A DNA stretch of 64,000 bases from a virus, in the IMG/VR virus record IMGVR_UViG_2921643360_000001, positions 1 to 64,000 of that record. One strand, 5' to 3'. Numbering within the stretch: the stretch's first letter is position 1; every line of letters begins with the position of its first letter. The position numbers were made by a program, and so were the translations under genes. Under the pieces are notes generated by a model. That model saw only the letters and a program-made list of their open reading frames with translations, had not been told where the DNA came from and did no database searches. Below, piece by piece: positions 1-9,123 of this stretch.

Positions 1-129
1 CGCGACCACGCCCGCGACGCCTGCCGTCGCGTAGAGCCTGATCAGGCGGCGCAACGCATCGTGATCGACGGCACCGTTTGCGGAAAACGGCGTGACAAGG
101 GGAATCCAGATACCCGAAAAATTGAACAT
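1..129 (-). CDS. DapA/N-acetylneuraminate-lyase family protein, N-terminal fragment (gene runs off left edge); host flank
   Basis: Minus-strand ATG at 129..127 reads MFNFSGIWIPLVTPFSANGAVDHDALRRLIRLYATAGVAGVVA, the 'PLVTPF..G.VD...L..L' N-terminus typical of the DapA family. Absent from the ORF track because it is truncated. Confidence 0.6.
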   Translation of the reverse strand, partial: MFNFSGIWIPLVTPFSANGAVDHDALRRLIRLYATAGVAGVVA

Positions 130-404
130 GACTTTCCTCGAACGCGACCGTACGGGAACCGTTCAGCGGCGAGGAAGCAGGATCGTAAGCGGGAGTTTCG
201 AGGACCGTTGATCGAGGCTGTTCCGTCGCACATCTGACGGAACAGCGGCTCCGGTCAGATGAGCAACTGTTTTTTGGCTTTGGAAGCGGCGCGTGTGAGC
301 ACAGCACGCAAAGGCGTACCCGTTTCCACACGATCACGAAGCAATGAGCCGTTTTCCATGTCCGCAATAATACAGCAATAATTCAAAGTCTTAGGCCAAA
401 TTCC

Positions 405-475
405 GTTCCGCAAACAACCAAATATTGACGGCCTGAAAGCCTTGCCCAACCGGATGTCTTTTATTTTTGCGGAAC
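405..475. repeat. 10-bp perfect inverted repeat GTTCCGCAAA / TTTGCGGAAC in an AT-rich tract just downstream of int
   Basis: Arms at 405..414 and 466..475. This is the lowest-GC stretch of the left junction, so it is a candidate att arm, IHF region or int 3' structure. Confidence 0.35.
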
Positions 476-480
476 ACCTT

Positions 481-1554
481 TCAGCGCGTCGGGCCCACTT
501 TTTCACCTCGGCGCTTCCGAACATAGTGCTCGGTCATGGTAACGGATTCGTGCCCAAGCTGCTTCTGTGCTTCTCGAATGTCGCCCGATGAATCCGCCTT
601 GTCTGTCGCCGCTTTCGCGCGCAAATCGCGTAACTGAAACGAGTTGTCGTCCTTGATGCCCGCCGCCCTTCGGGCGTTCTTGAAGCGCATCTGCATCGCG
701 TTCAGGGTCATCCGTTGGCCCTTCTCGTTGACCACCAGCGCTGTGCTCACGACCTTGTACGACGCCTTGCGGGCTTTGATCCGCTCGATGGCCGTTTTCA
801 GTTCTCCAGCGATCTCCATGCGAATTTTCTTGCCAGTCTTGCCCTGGTCGATCAGAAGGAACCCGTCGCGGATATCTCGCTCGTCAAAATTCAGCGTGTC
901 CTGCGGGCGCTGGCCGGCCAGGTAAGCCAAGTCCATAAAATCCTTGGTCGGCTGGTCGGCCTTCTCATACACGCGCGCAAACAGGTCATCTTCAACGTAG
1001 ACGTCGCGCCCTTCCACCGTGTTCCTCTTGACACCCGTACACGGGTTGGCCGCCTTAGTCAGACCAACTGCGCGAGCCTTGTTGAATATATGGCTGAACA
1101 GCGAGAGTTCCCTGTTAGCGCGCGCATGACCGGCGTTAGGTGGGGCTGCCCTCCCCTTGCTGGCGAACCACTTGACAGACTTCTCATAGCGCCAGCGCAG
1201 ATATGCACTGACATGCATCGGCTCGATCTCGTCGAGGGGTGTGTCGTCTTCGAAGTATTCTTTGAGATTCGCCAACTCCTCCAAGTTGTCTGACTGAGTT
1301 CGCGGCTTCTTGCGGGGCAATTCCTCCCGCAGATAGACGGTCACGGCGTCCCGAAATGTGCTCCCGGCATCTTTCGGCGTATCGGCCTGCTCGATCTCAG
1401 CCCAGCGCGTGACGGCCTTCCGGTAGTCCGTCCCAAGCGACTCCTCGCGTCGAGGTTTGCCGCCGTGGTCGTAGTAATAGTAGATCGTCTCGCCGCGGTG
1501 ACGGGCGCGCATCCCTGGCGGCAAATGAGTGTTGCGCGTCGGCTTCCTGCCCAT
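481..1554 (-). CDS. int: Tyrosine recombinase / phage integrase
   Basis: 357 aa. The C-terminus 'FQLRDLRAKAAT...LGHESVTMTEHYV' fits the R..H-x-x-R..Y catalytic region. It is the terminal gene of the prophage. Confidence 0.9.
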   Translation of the reverse strand: MGRKPTRNTHLPPGMRARHRGETIYYYYDHGGKPRREESLGTDYRKAVTRWAEIEQADTPKDAGSTFRDAVTVYLREELPRKKPRTQSDNLEELANLKEYFEDDTPLDEIEPMHVSAYLRWRYEKSVKWFASKGRAAPPNAGHARANRELSLFSHIFNKARAVGLTKAANPCTGVKRNTVEGRDVYVEDDLFARVYEKADQPTKDFMDLAYLAGQRPQDTLNFDERDIRDGFLLIDQGKTGKKIRMEIAGELKTAIERIKARKASYKVVSTALVVNEKGQRMTLNAMQMRFKNARRAAGIKDDNSFQLRDLRAKAATDKADSSGDIREAQKQLGHESVTMTEHYVRKRRGEKVGPTR

Positions 1555-1558
1555 GTTC

Positions 1559-1795
1559 TTATCCTGCGGCTAGAAACTTCGGTTGCCATTTCTTCTTTGG
1601 CGGCTCGGCCTTGGTCTGCCGCCCTTCAATGGCCGTCCTCGGAATTATCGGACGCCCGCGCGCATTCTGCCAGAACGGGATACCCGACGTCCGCAGCCAT
1701 TCGACCTGTAATTCCTCCCGCGTCTTCCCGCGTCGGCCGATTCGCACGCCAGTAAGTTCGGCGACTTCATCAGCAGACAGAAACGTGTCGCTCAT
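1559..1795 (-). CDS. DUF4224-like small DNA-binding protein (excisionase-position gene)
   Basis: 'FLSADEVAELTGVR...QVEWLRTSGIPFWQNARGRPIIPRTAI' matches the DUF4224 pattern as I remember it. It lies directly upstream of int. Confidence 0.6.
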   Translation of the reverse strand: MSDTFLSADEVAELTGVRIGRRGKTREELQVEWLRTSGIPFWQNARGRPIIPRTAIEGRQTKAEPPKKKWQPKFLAAG

Positions 1796-2091
1796 CCCTT
1801 CTCTCCCATTCTCTTCATCCGCGACAGGTCAAACTCGCACCAACCACCCCGCCGCGACGATATCCAGCAAATCGCCCAAAACGTCCGGTTGCCCTGCATG
1901 GCGCGGATGATGTCTTCGTTACCCGACCAACCGCCAGTAGACAGGTTCAGCACGTCGCCCTCAGTCCACCATCGGTCGGGATAGCTCCATAGCGGCTGCG
2001 TGAACGCCAGCAAGCCAGTCCAATCGGTATGCGGCCACTCTTCGATTCGCTTCAGCGCTTCTTCGGTTGGATAACCGTCGTCATCGAGCAT
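1792..2091 (-). CDS. Hypothetical phage protein (Trp-rich)
   Basis: 4-nt overlap with the downstream gene in the leftward operon. No motif recognised. Confidence 0.55.
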   Translation of the reverse strand: MLDDDGYPTEEALKRIEEWPHTDWTGLLAFTQPLWSYPDRWWTEGDVLNLSTGGWSGNEDIIRAMQGNRTFWAICWISSRRGGWCEFDLSRMKRMGEKG

Positions 2092-2146
2092 TCAATCCTC
2101 CATTCCCTCGCGGTAACCCGCAAAATCCGTTGTAACGCTGCTTCCA

Positions 2147-2461
2147 TCAATCCTCGTATCGCTTGTGTCGCTTCGCCTTTGGCGCCCGTCGCCCTCGCAC
2201 TAATGGCCTCGTCTTGATGCAGTAATAAGACTCGGCGCATTTAAAGAAGGCGATGAAGTCAGCGCAGAACGAGTTGCGACGGGCATAGCGGATCGGTGGC
2301 AGGCGTTCGCTGTGGACAGGCCCGAAGCTGCCGACACCCGGAACACGGTCCAGCACCTTCAGTTGCGCCGCGCTGATGCCAAGCACTCGACACAGACGAA
2401 GACCGCCGACGAACTTGTGCTTGAACCGCAGGAAGCGGTAGATTTGACGATGTGTCTTCAT
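2147..2461 (-). CDS. Hypothetical basic protein
   Basis: Its start overlaps the stop of the upstream ORF (2458). No motif recognised. Confidence 0.45.
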   Translation of the reverse strand: MKTHRQIYRFLRFKHKFVGGLRLCRVLGISAAQLKVLDRVPGVGSFGPVHSERLPPIRYARRNSFCADFIAFFKCAESYYCIKTRPLVRGRRAPKAKRHKRYED

Positions 2462-2727
2462 GCTGGCGCCTCCAAACCTATCGCCCTGCGAACTTGACTC
2501 GTACAGTTCGGGCCGATGTGTTTCGCTATTACGAATAGCGCCTTGAATGTCATTCCTATGGCGTCCTCAAACCTCTCTGTTGAAACATGGCTAGGACAAT
2601 CGGCGCCTTCTAGCGCCTCTAGCGCCCATATGATTGCCGCCTCAGTCCTCGGTCGGTCGCCATTGTTCTCCAGCGCCCATTGCAATTCAGCTTTCAATAC
2701 TTCGAGTTCGGTCATAGTTCGCTCCAT
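2458..2727 (-). CDS. Hypothetical protein
   Basis: Packed into the leftward operon and reads as a protein-like acidic helical sequence. Confidence 0.5.
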   Translation of the reverse strand: MERTMTELEVLKAELQWALENNGDRPRTEAAIIWALEALEGADCPSHVSTERFEDAIGMTFKALFVIAKHIGPNCTSQVRRAIGLEAPA

Positions 2728-2900
2728 CGCACCGCGTCATAACGTCCCGTGAAAACACCCCATGCGAGCCTCAAGCGTCGGCGCAGGCAGATTCCCTTGA
2801 ATCCCATCGGCCTAGCCATGTGCCATATGCCTAGGCGTCCGCATGCCGACATATCCCAATCTTTCAGTTCTCGCGCCCAGAACAGGTTCGGCGTGTTCAT
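2712..2900 (-). CDS. Hypothetical small protein
   Basis: Fills the gap between 2727 and 2904 and starts 3 nt after the upstream stop. Confidence 0.4.
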   Translation of the reverse strand: MNTPNLFWARELKDWDMSACGRLGIWHMARPMGFKGICLRRRLRLAWGVFTGRYDAVRWSEL

Positions 2901-2903
2901 TCC

Positions 2904-3269
2904 TCATCTCCCGAATCCAGCGGACAATGCCGCCCACTCTTCCCCGGCTCGCCATCGCGTAGCTGCGGGCATTGCGAATGGGCGCACTCGCCATCCCGGC
3001 CCGCTGCGCATCCGGTAAGTTTGACGCTCAGCTTTCACTGGCTCGGGGCCATTCGGGCCTTGGCGCAACTCGCGGATAGCCTCGGCATATTCCGTCGCGC
3101 TAAAGTCATGACCGATGCGCTTCTCGCAAGCCTTCGCCGCCTCCTCCAGCGCACCCCGCCTCGCCGCCTCCATCACCTCCCCCGCCACTTCCGCCCAATC
3201 CACGATCTGACCGTTGCAATACTTGATCGCGTGATCGAAGAGGATGTCGCCTGCTTCTGCGTTGGTCAT
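2904..3269 (-). CDS. Hypothetical protein
   Basis: ATGG/4-nt overlap with 3266..3766. Protein-like composition. Confidence 0.55.
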   Translation of the reverse strand: MTNAEAGDILFDHAIKYCNGQIVDWAEVAGEVMEAARRGALEEAAKACEKRIGHDFSATEYAEAIRELRQGPNGPEPVKAERQTYRMRSGPGWRVRPFAMPAATRWRAGEEWAALSAGFGR

Positions 3270-3766
3270 GGGGTCTCCTTGGCGGGAAATGCGGTGAGAG
3301 CGATTCGCGCAACACGCCCAGCCCAGCCAGGGTCAAGCGCCATCTCCACCGGGTCTTGCTTGGCAATGTCTTCGAGTGCTTCGCGTAAAGTCCTGTTCTG
3401 CTCCACTAAATCAGCAATCAACTCGCCGTCTTCGATATCTGCATCGCTGGCGCGCGGAAGGGCTGGTTCGCCCATGTGAGTAGGTCCATTCACAGACGCC
3501 ATGAACTTGCGATTCAGTTCTTCAGCTTCAATCGCGCGCTTCTTCCACCCAAGCAACTCGCACCAATCCTCATGATCGGCATCCATGCCGGGTGCAACAC
3601 TGTTTCCGCATGATTGGCAGCGCCTAGGGGCATCAAGACCGAGAGTTCCCGCATCAAAGGCTGGCTGCGATGCACCCGCAATCGCAACCGCCAGCGCATG
3701 AACGTCCAGGCCGCCGCCGTAGTCGATGTGTTCGCGGATTAGTGCGTCTGCTTCGTCGTAGGTCAT
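3266..3766 (-). CDS. Hypothetical protein (Ea22-like flavour)
   Basis: 166 aa with the C-terminal helical segment 'LIADLVEQNRTLREALEDIAK'. Assigned mainly by position in the operon. Confidence 0.5.
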   Translation of the reverse strand: MTYDEADALIREHIDYGGGLDVHALAVAIAGASQPAFDAGTLGLDAPRRCQSCGNSVAPGMDADHEDWCELLGWKKRAIEAEELNRKFMASVNGPTHMGEPALPRASDADIEDGELIADLVEQNRTLREALEDIAKQDPVEMALDPGWAGRVARIALTAFPAKETP

Positions 3767-3805
3767 GGTGTCCTCATTGGACCCGGAGAACCGGGCCCGC
3801 CTCCG

Positions 3806-4639
3806 TTACTTGCTGAGTTGGATCATCGGCATTGCGCTGCCCATCATGTACTGAGGGTAGTGCCCGTCCCATTTGGCGATCTTCTGTTGCTCGATCAGCG
3901 CGGGGTTTGCCTCAAGCGATTTGCCCGTCAGCTCATTGGCCTTGGCGTTGTTCTCAGCAACCTTCAGCGCTGCCTCAGACTCAACGACGCGCTTTTGCGC
4001 TTCCCACTTCGTCTGGGCAATTTCGTTCTCGACGCGCAATGCGTTCTGCTGGGCGGTGATCTTCGCCTCAATGGCGTCGTTGAACTGCTTGCTAAACTGG
4101 AAGTCAACGATGTTCACCGCCGACACATTCACGCCGATATTCTTGAACCGAGTCAGCAACGCCTCGCGGATCTCCTGACTAACCTGGTCCCGCTTCTGAA
4201 TCAGGTCAGTAGCTTCGTATCGGGCCACGATAGCCTTCACGATGTCATGCACTGCCGGGTCCATGACTTGCGCCCACGGATCGCCGCCGAGATTGGCATA
4301 AACGCCGACTGCCGCAGTCGGAAGAATATTGAAGTTGACGGCGACCTTCATGTCGGCCTGTTGCAGGTCTTTTGAAGAACCCGCGATATCCGATTGCGCC
4401 TTGTACACGCCGATGTAGACCGTGTGCATCGACTGCGAAATCGGCATACGGAAGTGGATGCCGGGCTCGTACACCGTGGCGGATGGAGCGCCGAACGTGG
4501 TCATCACGCCGACGTAGCCCGCTGGCACGGATGCGAACGGCCAGAGGATGAAAAGCGCGATGAGCAATACAACTGCGCCGATAGCGCCGAGGATCAGCTT
4601 GATGCCGCCTCGCGGGACTTCTCTGGATGCAACAGCCAT
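3806..4639 (-). CDS. SPFH / band-7 (prohibitin-like) membrane protein
   Basis: Start moved to the internal ATG at 4639, preceded by SD AAGGAAAA. An N-terminal TM helix (LILGAIGAVVLLIALFILW) is followed by the 'VPAGYVGVMTTFG' SPFH core and a coiled-coil tail. Confidence 0.8.
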   Translation of the reverse strand: MAVASREVPRGGIKLILGAIGAVVLLIALFILWPFASVPAGYVGVMTTFGAPSATVYEPGIHFRMPISQSMHTVYIGVYKAQSDIAGSSKDLQQADMKVAVNFNILPTAAVGVYANLGGDPWAQVMDPAVHDIVKAIVARYEATDLIQKRDQVSQEIREALLTRFKNIGVNVSAVNIVDFQFSKQFNDAIEAKITAQQNALRVENEIAQTKWEAQKRVVESEAALKVAENNAKANELTGKSLEANPALIEQQKIAKWDGHYPQYMMGSAMPMIQLSK

Positions 4640-4795
4640 TTGATTTTCCTTGTGGGTAGAAAAAGAGACCCGAACCGAAGTCCGGGCCTTAAGCGCCGTC
4701 CCAGTGGACCTACTGGCACGGATGGAGAAGAAGTGCCGCTGCCCTTGGTTCATGCGAAACGCGCTAGGCCAATGCATGTGGGCTGCGGCGGTAAG

Positions 4796-5227
4796 TCAGA
4801 ACGGCACATCGTCCGCCATGTCCTCGAAACCACCACCAGCCGGCGCACGTTGCGGCGCTGGACGCTGCTGCGGCTTCGGTGCTGGCGCGGGCGCTTGCTG
4901 CTGCGGCTGACCACCTCCCGCCAGGTCAATTGCAGTGATCCGACCGGCGAGCTTCACGCCTTCGGTGCCGTCCGCTTTCTTGAATGTCTCGATGTGTGTG
5001 TCTTCCAGCGCGACGGTAACAAGCGCGCCTTTCGTGAAGTACGGGGCCAACGCCTCTGCGCGCTTACCCCACAAAGCACCGTCGACCCACTGAACCGGCT
5101 TCTTTCCGTCGTCGCCCTTGCGCCCATAACTGAACGCCAGTGAGACGCTCGCGACGGCATCGCCGCCCGTTGTGTTGCGCACTTCAACATCTCGACCGAT
5201 GCGGGCCAATCCGAAAATTTGAATCAT
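4796..5227 (-). CDS. ssb: Single-stranded DNA-binding protein
   Basis: OB-fold-like N-terminus, a G/P/Q-rich linker and the acidic tail 'FEDMADDVPF'. Confidence 0.9.
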   Translation of the reverse strand: MIQIFGLARIGRDVEVRNTTGGDAVASVSLAFSYGRKGDDGKKPVQWVDGALWGKRAEALAPYFTKGALVTVALEDTHIETFKKADGTEGVKLAGRITAIDLAGGGQPQQQAPAPAPKPQQRPAPQRAPAGGGFEDMADDVPF

Positions 5228-5250
5228 GATTCGCTCTTGTGTAAGGTGGA

Positions 5251-5904
5251 TCAGGCGGCCATCGCCGCAATTTGTTTGTGGGTTGCGTCGACTTCGAACA
5301 GAAACTGACGCAACGCCACTTCGTACTCTTTGATCAGCGCTTCATCACGCTCCCATCGGAAGACGAACAGTTGCAGCTTCTCCGGCATGTCGGGATCGAA
5401 GCTCACAAAGTCGACGAACTCCGCGCCGGTCACCAGCGTGTTGTGCAGTACCTGATTCATGTACGTCGGCGGGATGCGTTTCTCAATCAGATACTTGAAG
5501 TGCGTTTTGGTCTTCGGGCACTTGCCCTCCCACAGACCAAGGCGACCGCCATCGACCAGAAGTCCATCCGGGCTGCAGCCCGCCATCATGTCTTCGCGGT
5601 AGACGAACCCGCATTGCTCGACCGCGATGCCGGTTTGGATCTCGTATCGCATCCTGGCGAATGGCTCTCGGTCATGCCCGCGCTCAGTGTCTGCGCTCGA
5701 AAACTCATCCGCGCACGATTTGCACAGCAATCGCTCAAGAGCCAGTTGCACGCGGTAATCGGCCCGCGTCGCCGCCTCTCCAGAACCGGACCTTGCCTTG
5801 GCGGTGACTGCTGCTGCGTTTGAGCCCGTAACACGTCCGGCGCGGTCAGCCATCCATTCTGGTGTGTTTTGCGGATGCTCCGAGACGATGAAATTCCGCT
5901 TCAT
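5251..5904 (-). CDS. YqaJ-like viral recombinase exonuclease
   Basis: Start set at the internal ATG 5904 (ATGA overlap with the upstream stop). Motifs 'TPEWMADRAGRVTGS', 'GCSPDG' and 'WEGKCP' fit the YqaJ/lambda-Exo fold. Confidence 0.8.
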   Translation of the reverse strand: MKRNFIVSEHPQNTPEWMADRAGRVTGSNAAAVTAKARSGSGEAATRADYRVQLALERLLCKSCADEFSSADTERGHDREPFARMRYEIQTGIAVEQCGFVYREDMMAGCSPDGLLVDGGRLGLWEGKCPKTKTHFKYLIEKRIPPTYMNQVLHNTLVTGAEFVDFVSFDPDMPEKLQLFVFRWERDEALIKEYEVALRQFLFEVDATHKQIAAMAA

Positions 5905-6713
5905 TGCGCACTCCCTCCGATTTCGCCCTTCTTCTTGTCGGCCAAAACCTTGAACTGGTTCCAGCTTGCGACGTCGCCAATCGCCTCGAACGCTGCGCCA
6001 GCCATTGCGCGAATGCGACGAATGTCGTCGGCGGTGGCTGCGGACGTCAACTGGGTTTCCCACTTCATCCAAGTTTCGTCGGCGCTAGGCTTGCCATCAG
6101 ACCCATGGCCGTCGTCGTCGGCCTGATCCTTGGTGGCTAAGCCAACAGCAGCCAGCAGCGAATAGCGCTCCAGGTAGGTCACGGTCGACGACATCGCCTG
6201 GATGCTGTTCTTCCCTCCAGACTGGTCAAGGCCGGCCTCAAGCGTCGTTTCTTCGCTATGGCCCAGCTTGTGTTTGATGACGCACGTGATGGACATCATT
6301 CCGCCTTCGGTGCGACGCGGAATCCAGCGATGACTGAATCCATAGGTCGCTAGCGACGCAACCACCTTTTCCACTACGTTGCCGATGGTGGCGTGGTCGT
6401 ACGCGGTGACCCCGCTGTTCGTCTTGAACTCGACGTGCTTGTCCTTGAGGATCGTCGGCGGGTTCAGCTTGAACTCAGCCATTGATGCGTCAAACGCCTT
6501 CCTCGCCTCGCGGTCTTCCCACTGCATTTGCATCTGCATGAGCCGTTCAAGACGATCAAGGTCGGCACCACTTTCAAGCGCATATCGCACAAGGTCTGCC
6601 GGCGTGGCGGATGCCGCGGTGACAGCGCGCGTCTGTTGAACTGCCGGTGGCTTTGCTGCGATCGGTTCGGCCATCTCAACATCTGTAATGTCTGCCATGG
6701 TTGCGGTTTGCAT
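5901..6713 (-). CDS. ERF-family single-strand annealing protein
   Basis: 'AYDHATIGNVVEKVVASLATYGFS' and 'QAMSSTVTYLERYSLLAAVGLA' resemble the ERF signature. It is paired with the YqaJ exonuclease and SSB. Confidence 0.7.
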   Translation of the reverse strand: MQTATMADITDVEMAEPIAAKPPAVQQTRAVTAASATPADLVRYALESGADLDRLERLMQMQMQWEDREARKAFDASMAEFKLNPPTILKDKHVEFKTNSGVTAYDHATIGNVVEKVVASLATYGFSHRWIPRRTEGGMMSITCVIKHKLGHSEETTLEAGLDQSGGKNSIQAMSSTVTYLERYSLLAAVGLATKDQADDDGHGSDGKPSADETWMKWETQLTSAATADDIRRIRAMAGAAFEAIGDVASWNQFKVLADKKKGEIGGSAQ

Positions 6714-6724
6714 GCTTGCTCCAG

Positions 6725-7924
6725 TTAGTTAGCGGCGACGTTCGCGGCAGCGAAATACTCATCCGCTGCGGCGTAGTCGAATTTCTTCATCCAGCCCATT
6801 ACGTCGCCGATCTCGACGTCGTATTGGTCGGCCAGCAACTTCACAATCTCCACATCACCGGGGCCGTTTGCGGCGAATTGTTCCTGTTCGCGTCGGATTT
6901 GCTCTTGCACGGCGGCTCGGCGCACTGCCTCGATTCGATCAGCTTCGGCGCGTGCGGCGGCGTCAGCCTCTTCCTTCTTACGGCGTTCTTCGGCGGCTAC
7001 TCGCGCGGCCTCGGCGGCAATCGCTTCCTGCTTCTCACGCTCAACGCGGGCTGCTTCATCCGCTTGGCGTTGGCGTTCGGCGTCAATCTCGGCTTGCTGG
7101 CGAGCCATTTCGGCCTGGTGTTCGCGGACCTGCTTTGCGTGCGCCTCTTGTTCCGCCCGCAACTCGGCGGCGGCCTTATCCTGCTCAGCCTTCACGCGGG
7201 CCGCCTCACGTTCGCGGGCCTCACGTGCCAATTGCTCATCAAGCGCGCGCGCCTGTGCGATTTGCCGATCGCGTTCGGCCTGCGCCCGTCGTTCCGCCTC
7301 CAGCGCTGCACGTTCCTCAGCGAGCTTGGCTTGTGCGGCTTCGTGCGCTTGCTGGGCGATCAGCGCTTCGCAAAGTTTCGCCAGCGCGGCCACTTTGGAC
7401 ATCTCCGCTTCACCGGCAAGCTCGGCAAACTCTTCCAGAGTGATTTCGTGTGTCGACAGTTCGTCAATCGCGCCTTGAATCTCGGCGGCGGACTTACCCA
7501 TCGCAAAGACGATCGAATCCTTGATCTGGTCGATCTTGGCGCGGATGCCGTCGACACGTTGTTTCTCGGCGGCGGCTTTGGCGGCTTTCTCGGCCTCACG
7601 TTCCTTATCCCACGCGTCACGCAACGCAAGCAGCCGGGTTTCTTCTGCCGAAATAATCGCGATGCGGCGCTTTACCTCGGCAATCACTGCCTTCTGAAAC
7701 GCGTTCGCATCCTCACGGGCCACTTCGCCGGTCTTGGTCGTCGCGATTCGCGCATTGCCTAATTCCATCGCCGCGGCGTGACATTGCTGGCGCGCGGCTG
7801 GGTTCTTGATCTCCACAATATCGACGTACTTTTTCGATAGCGCGATCAGGGCCTTCTCGCCTTCGTCGGCGCCAAGCGCAAGCGCTGCGCGCTCAGGCAC
7901 CGTCAATTCATTCTTCTCTTCCAC
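6725..7924 (-). CDS. Coiled-coil A/E/R/K-rich phage protein (recombination-module accessory)
   Basis: 399 aa with long heptad-like charged repeats. Sits next to the annealase, as DUF1351-type genes do. Confidence 0.6.
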   Translation of the reverse strand: MEEKNELTVPERAALALGADEGEKALIALSKKYVDIVEIKNPAARQQCHAAAMELGNARIATTKTGEVAREDANAFQKAVIAEVKRRIAIISAEETRLLALRDAWDKEREAEKAAKAAAEKQRVDGIRAKIDQIKDSIVFAMGKSAAEIQGAIDELSTHEITLEEFAELAGEAEMSKVAALAKLCEALIAQQAHEAAQAKLAEERAALEAERRAQAERDRQIAQARALDEQLAREAREREAARVKAEQDKAAAELRAEQEAHAKQVREHQAEMARQQAEIDAERQRQADEAARVEREKQEAIAAEAARVAAEERRKKEEADAAARAEADRIEAVRRAAVQEQIRREQEQFAANGPGDVEIVKLLADQYDVEIGDVMGWMKKFDYAAADEYFAAANVAAN

Positions 7925-7946
7925 ACTCGTTCCCCTTCGTTATTCG

Positions 7947-8159
7947 TTAAATTTCATTCCGCTGCCGTTCGATCCACGCCCACACCATCCGCTTGATTTC
8001 CGCCTCACTCGGCATGTCGCCGGCATTCACATGTGCGTGGATGATTTCGAGCGTTTCAGCTTGTCCGCTGTGTTCGGGCGGCCACACTGCAAAGTTGACG
8101 GTTAGCGTGTCGTCGCGGTCGTCGTCGGTCAGCGGTAGGTCGATCTTCGTTACGATCAT
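7947..8159 (-). CDS. Hypothetical small protein
   Basis: Start overlaps the stop of 8156..8356. Acidic 70 aa. Confidence 0.5.
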   Translation of the reverse strand: MIVTKIDLPLTDDDRDDTLTVNFAVWPPEHSGQAETLEIIHAHVNAGDMPSEAEIKRMVWAWIERQRNEI

Positions 8160-8356
8160 TCGTCATCTCCCGTTGACCACTTCGACTTGTACTCAGCGAT
8201 GAATTCCGGCTCAAAACTGGACTGCCAGCCGCACGCGTGACAACGGAACTGCGCCCCCGTCCACGATGCGCGCGGCCACATGCCTCGGCATTTCTCATTG
8301 CCGCAATACGGCGAGTAGCCGGGTTCGTTCATTAGGTTGTCGCGGACGATGCTCAC
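8156..8356 (-). CDS. Small zinc-ribbon-like protein
   Basis: 'CGNEKC...CHAC' forms two Cys pairs. Linked to both neighbours by 4-nt overlaps. Confidence 0.55.
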   Translation of the reverse strand: MSIVRDNLMNEPGYSPYCGNEKCRGMWPRASWTGAQFRCHACGWQSSFEPEFIAEYKSKWSTGDDE

Positions 8357-8556
8357 AGAATCACTCCCGCATGTCCGTTGAATCGTCGGCGCAAGTCCTT
8401 CAGCGCCTCATCGCGCGAGCCATACCATTTGGCCTCTAGACGCATCCGACCGTCTTCATGGGCACGGACAACCCAATCGTCACCGTGCGGATGACCGGGG
8501 GCGATGTCGCGCTGGATGTACCAGCGACGTTTGGGGTAACGCTTTGCGATGCTCAC
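8353..8556 (-). CDS. Hypothetical small protein
   Basis: Part of the 4-nt overlap chain in the early operon. Confidence 0.5.
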   Translation of the reverse strand: MSIAKRYPKRRWYIQRDIAPGHPHGDDWVVRAHEDGRMRLEAKWYGSRDEALKDLRRRFNGHAGVIL

Positions 8557-8756
8557 GCGGCTCCCCTGATGAATTGAATGTGTTGGTATTGCCGTGCGAT
8601 GCTGGGCGGCACGTATGACTGGCCGATAGCGACGCGCGGCTCAGTCAGTCCAAGTGCTTCGCGCTGGCGGCTGCGGCGGATTTCTTGGCGCTCTGCGTCG
8701 GTCAGTGCCCATCGTGTGTCGATGTGGCGGAGATCATTGAGACCGTTCATGTTCAA
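8553..8756 (-). CDS. Hypothetical small protein
   Basis: Part of the 4-nt overlap chain in the early operon. Confidence 0.5.
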   Translation of the reverse strand: MNMNGLNDLRHIDTRWALTDAERQEIRRSRQREALGLTEPRVAIGQSYVPPSIARQYQHIQFIRGAA

Positions 8757-8959
8757 CCTCCGATCAATTGTTTAAGAACGAGAACAGCGATCACGACTAC
8801 TGCCGCTGCTGTCGTCCACATAAGAATCTCGGCGCGATCCCTGTCTTGCTGGGCAAGGCGCTGCTGTTCTTCGTGCCTCGTGGCGTCGGCGGCGCATGCG
8901 GCCATGCCTTCGTCTGACAGATACGTAACGGCGCCTTCGTGATACTCGATAGTCAGCAT
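8753..8959 (-). CDS. Hypothetical small membrane-anchored protein
   Basis: C-terminal hydrophobic helix 'TTAAAVVVIAVLVLKQLIGG'. Part of the overlap chain. Confidence 0.5.
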   Translation of the reverse strand: MLTIEYHEGAVTYLSDEGMAACAADATRHEEQQRLAQQDRDRAEILMWTTAAAVVVIAVLVLKQLIGG

Positions 8960-9114
8960 GCTTCCCTCGCTTTAATCATGGCATCAGCGATTTCATACGC
9001 CTCCAGTGCGCATTGATTCGCGCCTTGGGTGTGGTACATCCCGGCGCACAGAATCCCCTGAAGCGCCCCCGTCCATAGCTTGCTTGCCGCCCGCCAGTGC
9101 AAACTCCAAATCAC
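8953..9114 (-). CDS. Possible 53-aa ORF (GTG start), below the ORF-track cut-off
   Basis: My own translation gives VIWSLHWRAASKLWTGALQGILCAGMYHTQGANQCALEAYEIADAMIKAREAC. It fills the 8959-9124 gap and its stop overlaps the next start. Confidence 0.3.
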   Translation of the reverse strand: MIWSLHWRAASKLWTGALQGILCAGMYHTQGANQCALEAYEIADAMIKAREAC

Positions 9115-9123
9115 TCGTTTGAC

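Noticed and set aside
255-524. 89-aa minus-strand ORF at the left junction
   Set aside because: Its 5' part overlaps the integrase 3' end, and its start is an arbitrary in-frame codon. At most the last ~35 codons could be a relic of a host gene 3' end.
6701-7762. 353-aa plus-strand ORF rich in L/G/R/F
   Set aside because: It is exactly antisense to the well-formed coiled-coil gene 6725..7924. It has low-complexity composition and no SD, so it is a typical GC-rich shadow ORF.
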